Origin: Amphiscolops sp. MND2022
Lineage: Eukaryota
Length of the DNA stretch: 64,000 nucleotides
Direction of reading: 5' to 3'
NCBI GenBank assembly: GCA_964187785.1
Contig: OZ076409.1
Location: forward strand, 81,470,001-81,534,000
Shown here: in pieces, positions 63,201-64,000 of the stretch
How positions within the stretch are numbered: position 1 is the stretch's first letter
How the letters are laid out: every line of letters begins with the position of its first letter
Translations under genes and position numbers: made by a program
The notes under the pieces: model-generated
The model's database searches: none
What the model saw: only the letters and a program-made list of their open reading frames with translations
Told to the model about the DNA's origin: nothing

Positions 63201-64000
63201 CAGGCTGCTCTTCTCCTGCATTTCAGTCTCTCCCTCAGTCGTGTTATGTGGCGGCCCTGGTTGTGAGGCTGTAGAGAGATTTTCAGGAGCAGTTTTATTA
63301 TAAACTATGTCAATCAAGAGCCTTTCCATGGAACTGTCACTATCCTTGAGATAGGAGAGACCACTGACATCCTGGAGTGTGCTCAGGTCAAGTTGTGGAC
63401 TGGGCTGAGAACCAAGATCGACAGAAAGGTCGTCGGAGCTGGACCCAGCTTGGCGATTGGATCCTGGGGGAGGAGCTCGGGCTCGCGTCCGGAACTTCTC
63501 AGTCCGTGAAGGGGCAGTCACGGGAGTTCCTTTTACTGCTCCGATTACCATTCTCTCCATGGTGGTACAAGTCATATTGATGGCTTCGTCAGTAAGGACC
63601 CGAAGCAGGTGATAGACCTGCGGCTCTGTGAAGGCTACAACCCTCTGTCCAACCGGGAACGTGTAGGGGTCTTCGGCCTCAAAGTACTGTTTGAGGGTGG
63701 CTCTACTGCGTCCTGATAAATCTCGCAGAACTTCTTCTTGTGGCTGAGGGTTAAACCGAGAAGTCCCTGGTGGTCCTGGATCGTGTATTTCTGATCCTGA
63801 GTCTTCTTGAGTCTCTGACGCTGACCCCGTTCCAAAAGGGACGCTCGCGTACAAGAGGGGAATTTCAGACTGACTGGTAGTATCAACAGCCTGGGTGGTG
63901 TCACTGTGGTCCCCTGGAGCGGTGAAATGTCCTGCTCCACCGGGGAGTGGAGGGAGTTCATGGACAGAAGATGAGGCTTCATCATCTGACTGCAGGAAAG
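60295..64000 (-). CDS. Antisense spliced gene, hAT-transposase-like zinc-finger protein; exons <=64000-62538, 62438-61953, 61855-61721, 61611-61530, 61456-60295; one frameshift at ~60820; 5' partial
   Basis: Four GT-AG introns (62439-62537, 61856-61952, 61612-61720, 61457-61529) join the ORF-track pieces in consistent phase (0, 0, 0, 1). Zinc finger WCHMCKKNFSIKTKGTVEILRHHRTKKH; segment LLKKWKSILRYF. Frame stays open to the window edge. Confidence 0.75.

Larger units (their letters stand above)
51993..64000 (+). mobile_element. Large Ty3/Gypsy LTR retrotransposon (5' LTR, gag, pol, probable antisense cargo gene; 3' LTR not in window)
   Basis: TG-initiated LTR, PBS, intact gag and pol in PR-RT-RH-IN order. 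No second LTR copy appears before the window end, so inclusion of 60052-64000 is inferred. Confidence 0.85.

Noticed and set aside
60295..63854. env gene or tyrosine recombinase as the third ORF
   Set aside because: The ORF is antisense to pol and shows no signal peptide, transmembrane or furin pattern and no R-H-R-Y motif; the zinc-finger/hAT-like pattern fits better.

Overview
AT-rich, repeat-dense animal genomic DNA with spliceosomal introns and one 200-N scaffold gap. The repeat landscape reminds me of acoel/flatworm-type invertebrate genomes, which I cannot verify here. Host content: the 3' part of a TRPM-like cation channel gene on + (6 exons located between ~9.9 and 31.4 kb). The rest is mostly mobile DNA: two LINE (L2/CR1-type) RT relics, several families of DINE-1/HINE-like non-autonomous Helentron-type elements, minisatellites, and a decayed Polinton/Maverick (adintovirus-like) region with pPolB, integrase, penton and an EGF-like ORF. 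The most notable object is a large Ty3/Gypsy LTR retrotransposon starting at 51993. Its gag ORF starts inside the 1.7-kb 5' LTR and reads ~195 codons before crossing the LTR end and PBS; a related solo LTR (16769-18267, CATGC target-site duplication) contains the same gag N-terminus and supports this boundary. Downstream of an intact pol lies an antisense, four-intron, >1100-codon gene resembling a degenerate hAT-type transposase with a zinc finger. The 3' LTR is not in the window.
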